Source: Candidatus Binatia bacterium (GTDB lineage Bacteria > Chloroflexota > Dormibacteria > Aeolococcales > Aeolococcaceae). From it: a stretch of DNA of 64,000 bases. The first letter of the stretch is position 1. The number at the start of each line of letters is the position of its first letter. Below are positions 17,781 to 27,814 of the stretch, one piece after another. Both the position numbers and the translations under genes were made by a program. The stretch is taken from positions 22,550-86,549 of the forward strand of contig DASPQV010000016.1 in the NCBI GenBank assembly GCA_035624785.1, read 5' to 3'. The notes beneath the pieces were generated by a model. That model did no database searches. It was not told where the DNA came from and saw only the letters and a list, made by a program, of their open reading frames with translations.

Positions 17781-18101
17781 ATGTTCCGCTTCCTGCTCGC
17801 CGATGTGACCAGGCTCGATGCCGGGGAGGAGGAGTTCGGCGCGGCCTGCATCGACGCCGACGACCTGAGCGACGGAGACCGGATCAAGGTCGATGATCGA
17901 CGCTGGCGGGTGATCGAGGTCGATTGGTCCACTCTCGACCCCACCGTGGAGCCGCCGACCGTGCTCGGCTTCGTCGAGCCCGACCCTGACCCGGGTCCGA
18001 GCCGCAGCTTCACGGACGTCGCCGCCGGGGAGCTCTCGGGGGGCCCGCGGTTGGTCGAGCACTCCTTGCCGGTGCTGGTGTTTCCCGCCGACTGGAACTG
18101 A
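17781..18101 (+). CDS. Hypothetical acidic protein
   Basis: 106-aa ORF with a GGGGGAG ribosome-binding site. No recognisable domain. Confidence 0.4.
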   Translation: MFRFLLADVTRLDAGEEEFGAACIDADDLSDGDRIKVDDRRWRVIEVDWSTLDPTVEPPTVLGFVEPDPDPGPSRSFTDVAAGELSGGPRLVEHSLPVLVFPADWN

Positions 18102-18143
18102 CGGGGCGACAGGCTCGCTCGGGCGGCTTCCTATACTCGGGTC

Positions 18144-18719
18144 GTGTCGCTCGGCGCCATCTTCACCCTGATCGGGTACCTGCTCGACCTCCTCGCCCTC
18201 ATCGTGCTGGTGCGAGTGATCATCTCGTGGATCCCCGGCATCAACCTGTACAACCCGGTGATCCGCGTGATCCGAGCCATCGGAGATCCGATTCTCGCCC
18301 CGTTCCGGGGGCTGCTCCCCAGCTTCGGAGGGATGCTCGACCTCTCCCCGGTGCTCGCCCTGATCGTCCTCGAGGTGCTCGCCGAAGTCTGCTTCTCCCT
18401 CGGCGCCAACGCGGTCAGCGGCGTCTCGGTGGCCACCGTCGTGGTGGCCGCCGTCGAGCAGCTGCTGCTCACCCTCATGGTCATCGTCGCCCTGCTGGTC
18501 CTGCTCCGACTCCTCCTCTCGCTGTTCAACGCCAGCCCTTGGCATCCCCTGACGCGAGGCATCCGGGCCATGGCCCGCCCCTTCTGCCTGCCCTTCGAGG
18601 GTGTCGCGGTCCGCAAGTCCGCCGTCGACCTCCCCGCCATCGTGGCCCTGGTGGTCTATGTGGTCGTCTTCGTGGCGGTCAGGCTGATCTTCGACAACCT
18701 GGTGCTGCCGCTCACCTGA
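18144..18719 (+). CDS. yggT: YggT-family membrane protein, tandem duplication (two YggT modules)
   Basis: Two repeats of the YggT pattern (VRVIISWIP..NPVIRVIRAIGDPILAPFRGLLPSFGGMLDLSP, and a second hydrophobic module). Confidence 0.65.
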   Translation: MSLGAIFTLIGYLLDLLALIVLVRVIISWIPGINLYNPVIRVIRAIGDPILAPFRGLLPSFGGMLDLSPVLALIVLEVLAEVCFSLGANAVSGVSVATVVVAAVEQLLLTLMVIVALLVLLRLLLSLFNASPWHPLTRGIRAMARPFCLPFEGVAVRKSAVDLPAIVALVVYVVVFVAVRLIFDNLVLPLT

Positions 18720-18887
18720 CATGGCGATGAAAAGCCCGCACCCTACCCACCGCGGATTTCCATCGGAGGAAGAGGAGCGTGGCGACGCCGAGATCAACCC
18801 GCCTGCGCGGCCGGTTTTCTTCCCTGGCACTCGCGCATGCTGGATCTGGCCGGCGCCCGACCGCTTCAGCAGCCTCCTCAGGGCGGC

Positions 18888-21800
18888 TCAGCGGCGCCGG
18901 GCCCCCTCGCGGTCGGGAGCCCGTTGACGCTCGACCTCGAGGCGGTACGAGCCCTCGCCGAGCAGCGACTCGATGGCGCGCTCCAGAGCCGGGCCGGGCT
19001 CCACCCTCCACTCCTCGCCGAGGGCCACCTCGTCAACGGCTCGCTCACCGATGAGCTGGAGCACGACCGGCGTCTCACCCGGGTGGCGCTCGAGCAGCGA
19101 GCGCAGCGCCGGAAGCCCTGGCTGCTGGCCGTGGTGAAGGCGCAGCCGCACCCGGCTGTGGCTCCGCCAGGCGGCCAGGCGGACGTCCTCGAGGTCGTAG
19201 AGAGCTTCCGCGATGACGCTGATCTGCTCGCTCTCGGAGTGCTGCTCCTCCTCCTCGGTCGCCGCTGGCGTCCCCCCCGGGGCGGCGACCCGTCCGTTGC
19301 GGCCGGCCTGCACCCGCCCCCGCACCACCACCACCTGGTCGGGCCGCAGCAGGTTGGCACACTCCTCGAAGGTCCGGGCGAAGACCACGACCTCGCAGGC
19401 TCCGGAGAGGTCCTCCAGGGTCATGAAGGCCATCCGCTGGCCGCTGGTGCTGCGCCTCGGGATGAAGGCCCGAAGGTCGCGGATGGTGCCGCCGATCTGC
19501 ACGTAGACACCGTCGAGGTGGCTGCCAAGGTCCCCGATCGACGTGTCCACCCTGCCCGCCAAGCGGTCGGCAACCCGCCGCAGTGGGTGGTCGCTCAGGT
19601 ACATGCCGAGGTGCTCGCGCTCCCAGCGAAGCCGCTCGTCGGCGGCCAGCGGCGGCACCTCGGTGACCGTCCCGAACTCGTCGAAGGGGGACGGCGCGCT
19701 CTCCTCGGCCGCGTCATCCCCGAAGAGTGAGGCCTGGCCAAGCTCGCGCTCGCGCCGCACCTGGGTGGCGCGGTCCATGGCCCGATCCAATGCGGCCAGC
19801 AGACCTGCCCGCTCCCCCAGGCCGTCGCAGGCGCCGCTCTTGATCAGGGCCTCGAGAACCCGGCGGTTGAGCTCGCGGACACCAACCCGGAGGCAGAGGT
19901 CGTAGAGGCTGGTGAACGGGCCGCCCCGACGGCGCTCCTCCACCAGCTGCTCCATGACCCGCTCGCCGGCGTTCTTGATGTGGCCGAGCCCGTAGAGGAT
20001 CTCCCCCTTGGCGGCATCACCGACCGCGAAACCCGCGTCGCTGCGGTTGATGTCGGGAAGCTGCACGGTCAGGCCCCTGGCGTGCGCGTCCAGGATGGTC
20101 AGCTTGAGCTTGTCGAAATCGCCGGCCCGGCTGTTGAGCAGGGCGGTCATGTACTCCAGCGGGTAGTTGGCCTTGAGGTAGGCGGTCTGGTAGCCGATCA
20201 GCGCATAGGCATAGCTGTGGGCGGCGTTGAAGCCGTACCCGGCGAAGAACGCGATCAGGTCGAAGAGCTCGGCGGCGGTCCTCTCCTCCACCCCCCTGGC
20301 CACCGCTCCGGCCAGAAACTTCTCGCGCTGCTGGGCCATCTTGAGCTTGTCCTTCTTGCCCATGGCGGCGCGCAGGATGTCCGCCTCGCCCAGGCTGAAG
20401 CCGGCGACGGCGGAGGCGATCTTCATGACCTGGTCCTGGTAGATCATGGTTCCGAAGGTTTCGGCCAAGATCGGCTCCATCTCGGGGAGCAGGTAGGTGA
20501 TCGGCTCCTCGCCGCGGCGCCGGCGGATGTACAGGTCCACCACCTTGCCCTCGAGCGGGCCGGGCCGGATCAGCGCGTTGGCGGCGGCCAGGTCCTCCAG
20601 CGAGTGCGGCTGCATGTCGATGAGGATGCGCTTGCCCAGGGTGGCCTCGAGCTGGAACACCCCGTGGGTGTCGGCCCTGCCGAGCAGCTCGTAGGTCTTG
20701 GCATCGTCGAGCGGGATGGCGTCGATGTCGAGCCGCTCGCCGCGAACCCTCTCGATGTTCTCGACAGCCTCCTCGATCACGGTGAGGTTGGCCAGGCCGA
20801 GGAAGTCCATCTTGAGCAGGCCGATCTTGCTGACCCCCTTCATGTCGAACTGGGTGACCACGCCCTCGTTGGCCGAGGTGGAGCGGCCCAGGGGAACGAT
20901 GCCGGCGAGCGGCTCGGCCCCGATCACCACTCCCGCGGCATGGGTGGAGGCGTTGCGCGAGATACCCTCGAGGCGGCGAGCGACATCGATGATGTCGCGG
21001 GCCCACCGCTCGCCCTCGTAGAGCTCGTGAAGGTCGCGGGATTCGGCGAGGGCCCGGTCGAGGGTGATCCCGATGGTGGCGGGGACCAGCTTGGCCAGGC
21101 GGTCGACGTCGGGGAGCGGGACATCCAGCACCCGGCCCACATCGCGGATCGCCGCCCGGGCCGCCATGGTGCCGAAGGTGATGATCTGGGCCACCCGGTC
21201 CTGGCCGTACTTGGCGGTGACGTAGTGGAGGACCCGATCACGGCGGCGATCGTCGAAGTCGATGTCGATGTCGGGCATCTCGACCCGCTCGAGGTTGAGA
21301 AAGCGCTCGAAGATGAGGCCGTAGCGGAGCGGGTCGATGTTGGTGATCCGGAGCGTGTAGGCGACCAGCGAGCCGGCGGCGCTGCCCCGGCCGGGACCGA
21401 CCACGACCCCGTCGCAGCGCGCCGCCCGGATCAGGTCCCAGACGATCAGGAAGTAGGCGGCGAAGCCGGTCCGGCGGATGACGTCCAGCTCCATTCGGAG
21501 CCGCTCGCGCGCTTCCCCGGGCGGCTCGTCACCGTACCGCTCTCGCAGCCCGCGGTCGCAGAGCTCAGCGAGGTAGGAATCGGCGTCGTGCCCCGGGGGG
21601 ATGGGCGAATAGGCGGGCAGGTGGTGACGCCCGAGCTCCAGCTTCCAATCGCAGCGCTCGGCCACCGCCAGGGTGTTGGCGGCGGCCTCGCCGTAGGCCA
21701 GGAACCGCTCCCTCATCTGCCCGCCGGAGGTCAGATAGAAATGCGGACCGGAGAACTTGAGCCGCTTCTCATCATCGCGCCGGGACCCGGTCTGGAGGCA

Positions 21801-22499
21801 GAGGAGGATGTCGTGGGCGTCGGCGTCGGACGGATGGATGTAATGCGAGTCATTGGTGCACACCAAGGGGGCGCCGGTGCGCCGGGCGATCTCCAGGAGG
21901 CCCTCGCGGACCGCGGCCTCCTCGGCCATGCCGTGGTCCTGCAGCTCCAGGAAGTAGCCGTCCGGACCGAAGATCTCGAGGTGCTGGCGGGCGACCCGCT
22001 CAGCCGCGTCCAGGTCCCCGCTCAGGATGGCCTGGGGAAGCTCTCCGCCGACGCAGCCGGACAGGCAGATGAGGCCACGGCTGTGCTCGGCGAGCAGCGC
22101 CCTGTCGATCCGGGGCTTGTAGTAATAGCCCTCGAGATGCGCGGTGGTGACCAGGGAGATCAGGTTGGTCCAGCCGTCGGCGTCCCTGGCCAGCAGCACC
22201 AGGTGGTTGGGATCGCGATCGGCCCGGCCCTCCTTGTCGCGGTGGGAACGCGGGGCCATGTAGACCTCGCAGCCGATGATCGGCTTTATCCCCGCGCTGA
22301 CCGCCTCGGTGTAGAGGTCGACGGCGCCGTACAGGACGCCGTGGTCGGTGATCGCCAGCGCCGGCTGTCCCATCTCGGCGGCGCGCTTCACCAGCTCGGT
22401 GATGCGCGAGGCTCCGTCGAGGAGCGAGAACTCACTGTGGGTGTGGAGGTGGACGAAGGGCTCCGCCCCGCCCGTTGCGGTCGCCTCCGCCTCGGTCAT
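18888..22499 (-). CDS. dnaE: DNA polymerase III alpha subunit
   Basis: PHP domain (FVHLHTHSEFSLLDG) and the polymerase core are conserved throughout. Start at ATG 22499, preceded by GGAGGG; the upstream part of the ORF is an extension. Confidence 0.9.
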   Translation of the reverse strand: MTEAEATATGGAEPFVHLHTHSEFSLLDGASRITELVKRAAEMGQPALAITDHGVLYGAVDLYTEAVSAGIKPIIGCEVYMAPRSHRDKEGRADRDPNHLVLLARDADGWTNLISLVTTAHLEGYYYKPRIDRALLAEHSRGLICLSGCVGGELPQAILSGDLDAAERVARQHLEIFGPDGYFLELQDHGMAEEAAVREGLLEIARRTGAPLVCTNDSHYIHPSDADAHDILLCLQTGSRRDDEKRLKFSGPHFYLTSGGQMRERFLAYGEAAANTLAVAERCDWKLELGRHHLPAYSPIPPGHDADSYLAELCDRGLRERYGDEPPGEARERLRMELDVIRRTGFAAYFLIVWDLIRAARCDGVVVGPGRGSAAGSLVAYTLRITNIDPLRYGLIFERFLNLERVEMPDIDIDFDDRRRDRVLHYVTAKYGQDRVAQIITFGTMAARAAIRDVGRVLDVPLPDVDRLAKLVPATIGITLDRALAESRDLHELYEGERWARDIIDVARRLEGISRNASTHAAGVVIGAEPLAGIVPLGRSTSANEGVVTQFDMKGVSKIGLLKMDFLGLANLTVIEEAVENIERVRGERLDIDAIPLDDAKTYELLGRADTHGVFQLEATLGKRILIDMQPHSLEDLAAANALIRPGPLEGKVVDLYIRRRRGEEPITYLLPEMEPILAETFGTMIYQDQVMKIASAVAGFSLGEADILRAAMGKKDKLKMAQQREKFLAGAVARGVEERTAAELFDLIAFFAGYGFNAAHSYAYALIGYQTAYLKANYPLEYMTALLNSRAGDFDKLKLTILDAHARGLTVQLPDINRSDAGFAVGDAAKGEILYGLGHIKNAGERVMEQLVEERRRGGPFTSLYDLCLRVGVRELNRRVLEALIKSGACDGLGERAGLLAALDRAMDRATQVRRERELGQASLFGDDAAEESAPSPFDEFGTVTEVPPLAADERLRWEREHLGMYLSDHPLRRVADRLAGRVDTSIGDLGSHLDGVYVQIGGTIRDLRAFIPRRSTSGQRMAFMTLEDLSGACEVVVFARTFEECANLLRPDQVVVVRGRVQAGRNGRVAAPGGTPAATEEEEQHSESEQISVIAEALYDLEDVRLAAWRSHSRVRLRLHHGQQPGLPALRSLLERHPGETPVVLQLIGERAVDEVALGEEWRVEPGPALERAIESLLGEGSYRLEVERQRAPDREGARRR

Positions 22500-22653
22500 C
22501 ACCCTCCGCCGCCCTGAAGTTTCGAACGCGCGTACGATACCATGCGACCGCGCCGGCCCACCCGGTGCGATCCGCCAGCCGGGCGTGTCTCGTGCCGACC
22601 TGGTCAAGAGCCGGAATTGTCCCGGCGCCGCTGCTATCCTGACCCCGCCGCCC

Positions 22654-23616
22654 GTGGCTGCCGACCTCAGCATCGCTCTCCTCACCGGGCTGCACGGTGC
22701 CGCAGCGACCGTGCTGATCTGCTCGCTCCTGCTCATCGACGAGGCGGGAGTGCCGCTGTTCTTCGCCCCCAACGAGGTCCTGCTCATGCTCGGCGGCCTG
22801 CTGCTGGCCTCGGGCGGTCTCAGCCCGGTGGTGTTCCCGCCACTCGCCGTCCTGGCCCTGCTGGCCGGCTCCTTCACCGGGTTCAGCTGGGCCAGGGCGG
22901 TCGGCCCCACTCATCTCCAGACCATCGCCCGGCGCCTGGGCGGGGCGCGGTACTACGAGCGAGCCGTCAGCCGGGCCTCGGGGGCCAGCCCCAGGCATCT
23001 GATGGCGGCCCGCTTGGTCCCGGGGATCCGCGTCTACGTGAGCCTGGCGGCGGGGGCGGGCCAGATGGCCCCGGGCAGGTTCCTGAGGGGCAACGTCCCC
23101 GCGGTGGTGGCCTGGGCGGCGGGCACCATGGGAATCGGATTCGTCGCCGGCATCCCGGTGATCCATTTCCTCGGCTACGTTCAGAACCTGGCCCTGAGCG
23201 GCGCGGTCTTCATCCTTCTCGGCTTCTTCGCCTGGCGGGCGGTGCGCCGCGCCCCGACCAACCGGGACGCCCGCCACCCGGGACCCTTCGCGGGCATCCG
23301 CAGAGCTCACCGCTACGTCCTCGCGGCCGCCCTGGACGCGGGCATCGTGGCGACCCTCACGGTGGGCGTCGACCTCATCGTGCTGGCGGCGCTCCACGTG
23401 CACATCCCATTCGTCCCCGCCGAGAGCATCTTCGAGCCGCTGACCATCGTCGCCAGCGTGGCCCTCTTCTATGCGGTGGTCAGCCGGCGCAGCTCGGCGG
23501 GCCGCACCGCGGGAGAGCGTCTCCTCGACGTCGGCTACGGACGGGGCCGCGGCCACGCCGAGGGGGGCAGCGCCAGCCAGGCCCGGCGGGGAGCGACCTT
23601 GGACCTGATCCGCTGA
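22654..23616 (+). CDS. DedA/VTT-family membrane protein with C-terminal RDD-like hydrophobic domain
   Basis: DedA motifs (LLIDEAGVPLFF.. and LVPGIRVYVSLAAGAGQMAPGRFL). Start tentatively at GTG 22654, downstream of the divergent dnaE start. Confidence 0.5.
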   Translation: MAADLSIALLTGLHGAAATVLICSLLLIDEAGVPLFFAPNEVLLMLGGLLLASGGLSPVVFPPLAVLALLAGSFTGFSWARAVGPTHLQTIARRLGGARYYERAVSRASGASPRHLMAARLVPGIRVYVSLAAGAGQMAPGRFLRGNVPAVVAWAAGTMGIGFVAGIPVIHFLGYVQNLALSGAVFILLGFFAWRAVRRAPTNRDARHPGPFAGIRRAHRYVLAAALDAGIVATLTVGVDLIVLAALHVHIPFVPAESIFEPLTIVASVALFYAVVSRRSSAGRTAGERLLDVGYGRGRGHAEGGSASQARRGATLDLIR

Positions 23617-23767
23617 GGCCCATGGCCCCTTGAGCCACCGGGTGAACGCGCCACCATGGTCGGCGGAGCCAGTACGACGTCGGCTGCCGGCAGCCGCCGG
23701 GCTGCCCCCGCGAGCGGTTTCCGCTCGTCCGCAGATGCCCGGCCCGCCGGACCAGAGGAGAACCGCG

Positions 23768-24940
23768 ATGTCCGGGACGAGCATGGCAGATACCGGCGGG
23801 TCCGCCCGGGTTGCCGAGAGCAAGCGCGCCGACCTGGCGGGCCCGGGAATCGGGACCTATGAAGAGGTGGCCGAAGCCCTGCCCCGTGACTATCGACCCC
23901 GGCTGGGACCGCGGCAGACCCAGGAGGCGCTCTTCGAGGTCAAACGGCTCATCGAGGATTCGCTGTGCGCCGAGCTCGGGCTCACCATGGTGCAGGTGCC
24001 GTTGATCGTGAGCAGTGAGAGCGGGGTCAACGACATGCTGGACCGCGACGGCTCACGCACCCCGATCCGCTTTCACATCAGCAACGACGGCGATCGCCAT
24101 CCCATCGACGCCGAGGTGGTCCAGGCGGCGACGAAGTGGAAGCGGCTTGCCCTGGCTCAATTCGGGATGGGTCCCGGTGAAGGGCTCTGCACCGACATGC
24201 GGGCGGTACGCAAGGACTACTTCCTCGACCACGACCACAGCGCCTACGTGGACCAGTGGGATTGGGAGCTGGCGATCCAGCCCGAGCAGCGCAACCTGGA
24301 GTTCCTCAAGGACATCGTCACCCGGATCTGGCGGGTCCTCAAGACCGCTGAGGCGCAGGCCCACCGCCACTTCCCCGCCCTGATGGACGGCCATCCCGAC
24401 CTTCCCGACGAGCTGCGCTTCCTGCACGCCGAGGAGTTGCTGGAACGCTACCCCAACCTGCCCCGCAAGCAGCGCGAGACCCTCATCCTCCAGGAGATCC
24501 CGGCCATCTTCATCGTCGGCATCGGGTGGACCCTGGCCGACGGCTTCCCTCACGAGATGCGCGCCGCCGACTACGATGACTGGTCGACTCCGGTCACCGC
24601 TGAGGACGGGCGGCCCACCCACGGGCTGAACGGGGACCTGCTGGTCTGGAACCCGGTGACCCGGCGTCGCCACGAGCTCTCCTCGATGGGGATCAGGGTG
24701 GACGGCGTGGCCCTGCGCCGCCAGCTCGAGCTGACCGGTCAAACCGATTGGCTCGGCCTCCCCTACCACCGGGCCATCCTCGAGAACCGGGTGCCGCTCA
24801 GCATCGGGGGCGGGATCGGGCAGTCCCGCACCCAGATGCTCCTGCTCCGCAAGGCGCATCTCGGCGAGGTCAGCGTCACCGTCTGGCCGGAGATCCTCAA
24901 CGAGCTCTGCGGGGCGCGCGGGATCCCGGTGCTGCGGTGA
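23768..24940 (+). CDS. asnA: Aspartate--ammonia ligase (AsnA) with N-terminal extension
   Basis: AsnA/class-II aaRS-like core (QTQEALFEVKRLIEDSL..MVQVPLIVSSESGVNDML..). ATG 23768 follows a GAGGAGAA ribosome-binding site. Confidence 0.8.
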   Translation: MSGTSMADTGGSARVAESKRADLAGPGIGTYEEVAEALPRDYRPRLGPRQTQEALFEVKRLIEDSLCAELGLTMVQVPLIVSSESGVNDMLDRDGSRTPIRFHISNDGDRHPIDAEVVQAATKWKRLALAQFGMGPGEGLCTDMRAVRKDYFLDHDHSAYVDQWDWELAIQPEQRNLEFLKDIVTRIWRVLKTAEAQAHRHFPALMDGHPDLPDELRFLHAEELLERYPNLPRKQRETLILQEIPAIFIVGIGWTLADGFPHEMRAADYDDWSTPVTAEDGRPTHGLNGDLLVWNPVTRRRHELSSMGIRVDGVALRRQLELTGQTDWLGLPYHRAILENRVPLSIGGGIGQSRTQMLLLRKAHLGEVSVTVWPEILNELCGARGIPVLR

Positions 24941-25462
24941 GCTGATCAGGCGGGGCCCGGGCGCCTCCCGGGATCGGGAGAGCCGCGCCGGCCGAGCCGC
25001 CTGACGCCGCTTCGGAGGGCCAGCGCAACCGGGAGGAGGAGGCCGGCCATAGGCGACAGCGACATGAGCAGGAGGGAACAGGCGGCCGAGTCCTGGAGCG
25101 AGGTGGGGGCGGAGGCGGTGACGGCGGCGAGCCTGGACATGACCTGCCGCGACAGCGTCGCACCGGGTTCCTTGCAACCTCATGACGCCGCGTGCCGTCG
25201 GGGGACCACGAAGGGGGCAGCGCACCATCAGCCGGTTCACGATGCGCCCCAGGGATGGCGGCGACTGGATCGCCACGGCGTCCCGGCACTGGAACCTGGA
25301 CCGCTCCAAGTCCCGCTGGCAAGGTCCTCGGCCGCGGCCTCCGCCCGCTGGCCCCGAGGCGGCCCGGCCGTGACCGCAGCCGCGCAAGCCCGTGACCGTG
25401 GGCGCGGCAAGTCGTCACGGTTCGGCACACACCCGGAGGGAGGCGCCAATACACTCGCCTTG

Positions 25463-26173
25463 GTGGAGACCCTGCGACTCATCTGCGCGGACTTCGACGC
25501 GCCGCCGATGTTCCGATCGACGGTCAGCGGCCGCCGTGAAGGATTCGACCCCGATGCCGCGGCCCTGGTGGCACGGCACCTCGGACGCTCCATCGAGTGG
25601 ATCCGCACCACCTGGGCGGAGATGGTGCCGACCCTGCTCGGCGGACGCGGAGACGCGGTGTGGTGCTGGCTCACGGCCACGGACGAGCGGGCCCTGGTGG
25701 TCGATTTCACCGCCCCGTACGCGTACTTCGACGACGCGATCCTGGTGCGCGCCGACAGCCCCATCCGCGAGCCGAGGGATCTGAAGGGTCGGATCGTGGG
25801 CGCGGTCGCGAGCGGCAACAGCTCCCGGGTGGCGCGCGACCTCGGGGCGACCGTCGTCCCCTTCTACGGCGTCGGCGACCACATCTCCCAGATGGTGGCC
25901 GCCCTCCGGGCCGGCAAGGTCCAGGCTGTGGTCGACGATGACGCCGCCTGGCTTCCCCTGCAGCGGGAGGCCGACCTCCGGGTCGCTTTCCGCGTGCCCA
26001 CCCGGCAGCCCTGCGCCGCCGCGGTGTCCAAGAAGCGGCCGGATCTCCGGGACGAGATCAGCCGTGGGATCAGCGCGGCGATCGCCAACGGTTCGCTGGC
26101 GACCGCGTGGGCAGCCTGGCTGCCCCAGCTTTCCTGCCCTTTCGACCGATCAGCCGCGGGACGCTCCACCTGA
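25463..26173 (+). CDS. Family-3 solute-binding-domain protein (amino-acid ABC-type SBP fold); no signal peptide found, start uncertain
   Basis: SBP_bac_3-like order: LRLICADFDAPPM..WCWLTATDERALVVDFTAPYAY..DLKGRIVGAVASGN..KVQAVVDD. No hydrophobic leader in any upstream frame. Confidence 0.45.
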   Translation: METLRLICADFDAPPMFRSTVSGRREGFDPDAAALVARHLGRSIEWIRTTWAEMVPTLLGGRGDAVWCWLTATDERALVVDFTAPYAYFDDAILVRADSPIREPRDLKGRIVGAVASGNSSRVARDLGATVVPFYGVGDHISQMVAALRAGKVQAVVDDDAAWLPLQREADLRVAFRVPTRQPCAAAVSKKRPDLRDEISRGISAAIANGSLATAWAAWLPQLSCPFDRSAAGRST

Positions 26174-26231
26174 CCGGTGGTCCGGTCCGCGCGGCTGGCG
26201 GGTGCGGCGCCCCGCCACCTCCAGCCCGCGG

Positions 26232-27476
26232 CTACTCCGACCCCTGGCGGACCAGGGACGTCACGGACTCGACGTGGTGGGTCTGCGGAAACATGTCGAC
26301 CAGGTCCAGCCGCTCGACCAGGTATGGTCCCGAGGCGACCAGGACGTGCAGGTCGCGGGCCAGGGTAGCCGGGTCGCACGAGACGTAGACCAGCCGCCGC
26401 GGGCCGGCCAGCGCCAGCCAGGCCGTGACCGGGCCGGCGCATCCGGCGCGGGGCGGATCGAGGACCAGGCGGTCCACCGGGGCCTCGGCGGCGACCTCCG
26501 GCAGGGCCACCTCGACGGGTGCGACCACATAGCGAAGGCGCTCGGCGGCCTCGTTGATCCGGGCGTTGAGCCGGCCCATCCGGGCGGCGGTGCGATTGCT
26601 GTCGATGCAGACCACCTCGCGGGCATCGGTGGCGACGGCCACGCTCAGCACCCCGATGCCGGCGTAGGCATCGACGACCCGACAGCCGTGGACGTCACCG
26701 AGAGCGTCGAGAACCCGACCATACAACGCCTCCAGGTGTCCCCAGCTCACCTGGATGAAGGAGTCGGAGGCGACCCGGAAGGTGCGGCCGCGCCATGCCA
26801 GCGTGGTCAGGCCGGTGCTCCATCGCTGCTCGCCGGGCAGGGACGCCGCCATCCGATCGAGGAACGCCCGATCCAGCGCGGCCGCCGGCTTGGTCCGGAG
26901 CAGAAGCTCGTTCCCCGCCTCCCCGGCGGTGACCTGAAGCACGGAGCCGTCGGGAGCGCCGCTGCGCCCGACCAGCTCGCCCAGCAGGGGAAGCGCCCGG
27001 GTTATCGCGGGGTGGTGGATGAGGCAGTCGTCGACCGCCACCTTCCGCCAGCTGCGGGCACGGTTGAAACCCAGGGCGGCCTCGCCTTCCGGTCCCTCTC
27101 CCGGGATCACGTGGAACTCCCCGCGCCACCGATAGCGCCAGGGATCGTCCATGCCATGGACAGCGGGAGGCGGGACCGCCACCTCGGCACGGCGGAGGGC
27201 GTCGAGCAGGACCTCACGCTTCAACTCGAGCTGGCGCGCGTAGGCGACGTGCTGGAGCTGGCAGCCACCGCACTCCGGTACGTAGGGGCAGGGGGGTGCC
27301 ACGCGGTCCGGCGACGCCTCCAGCACCCGCTCGGTGCGGGCGAACCAGCTGCGCTGACGGCGGAAGGTGAGGGCGGCCTCGACGAGCTCCCCGGGGATGG
27401 CACCATCCACCATCAGGGTGGCACCGACCGCATGGGCGAGGCAGAGTCCGCCGTGGACCATGCGCTCGCAGCGCAC
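26232..27476 (-). CDS. rlmD: 23S rRNA (uracil-C5)-methyltransferase RlmD/RumA family (TRAM domain, Fe-S cluster, methyltransferase domain)
   Basis: TRAM N-terminus (VHGGLCLAH), Cys cluster (CPYVPECGGCQLQH), motif I VVDAYAGIGVLS and motif VLDPPRAG. Confidence 0.8.
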   Translation of the reverse strand: MRCERMVHGGLCLAHAVGATLMVDGAIPGELVEAALTFRRQRSWFARTERVLEASPDRVAPPCPYVPECGGCQLQHVAYARQLELKREVLLDALRRAEVAVPPPAVHGMDDPWRYRWRGEFHVIPGEGPEGEAALGFNRARSWRKVAVDDCLIHHPAITRALPLLGELVGRSGAPDGSVLQVTAGEAGNELLLRTKPAAALDRAFLDRMAASLPGEQRWSTGLTTLAWRGRTFRVASDSFIQVSWGHLEALYGRVLDALGDVHGCRVVDAYAGIGVLSVAVATDAREVVCIDSNRTAARMGRLNARINEAAERLRYVVAPVEVALPEVAAEAPVDRLVLDPPRAGCAGPVTAWLALAGPRRLVYVSCDPATLARDLHVLVASGPYLVERLDLVDMFPQTHHVESVTSLVRQGSE

Positions 27477-27814
27477 GGTGAGCCGGGTGCCCGGCTCCAG
27501 ATGCGCGGCGGGTAGCGTGCTAATCGGGAGTCGCGGGGGTGGTGCTTCGTTTCAGTCCGGGCACTCTCGCGCCTTGACCGGCGCTCGGAGCCCTCGCCTC
27601 GGCGGCCTTGCGACGGCCGCCTGCGGCGAACCTGCGCTCAGCACGCACCCCCACGCCCCCTGCGGTTTCCACCCACCTCGGCTCCAAGTCAGCGCTCGGC
27701 GCATGCCTCGGGGCTGGGGGCAAACCATCGATCACCACCGGCAGTGTCTTCTCGTCGCGAGGGTTAGGGACAGCAGCGTCCGAAATCTGGTGAGTACCAC
27801 CGCGCCACGCCCGA

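Noticed and set aside
27477-27814. RNase P RNA / 6S RNA in the gatB-rlmD gap
   Set aside because: AGTCCGGGC-like words are present, but the P4 partner sequence is absent and 338 nt is too short for rnpB. Kept only as a generic ncRNA candidate.
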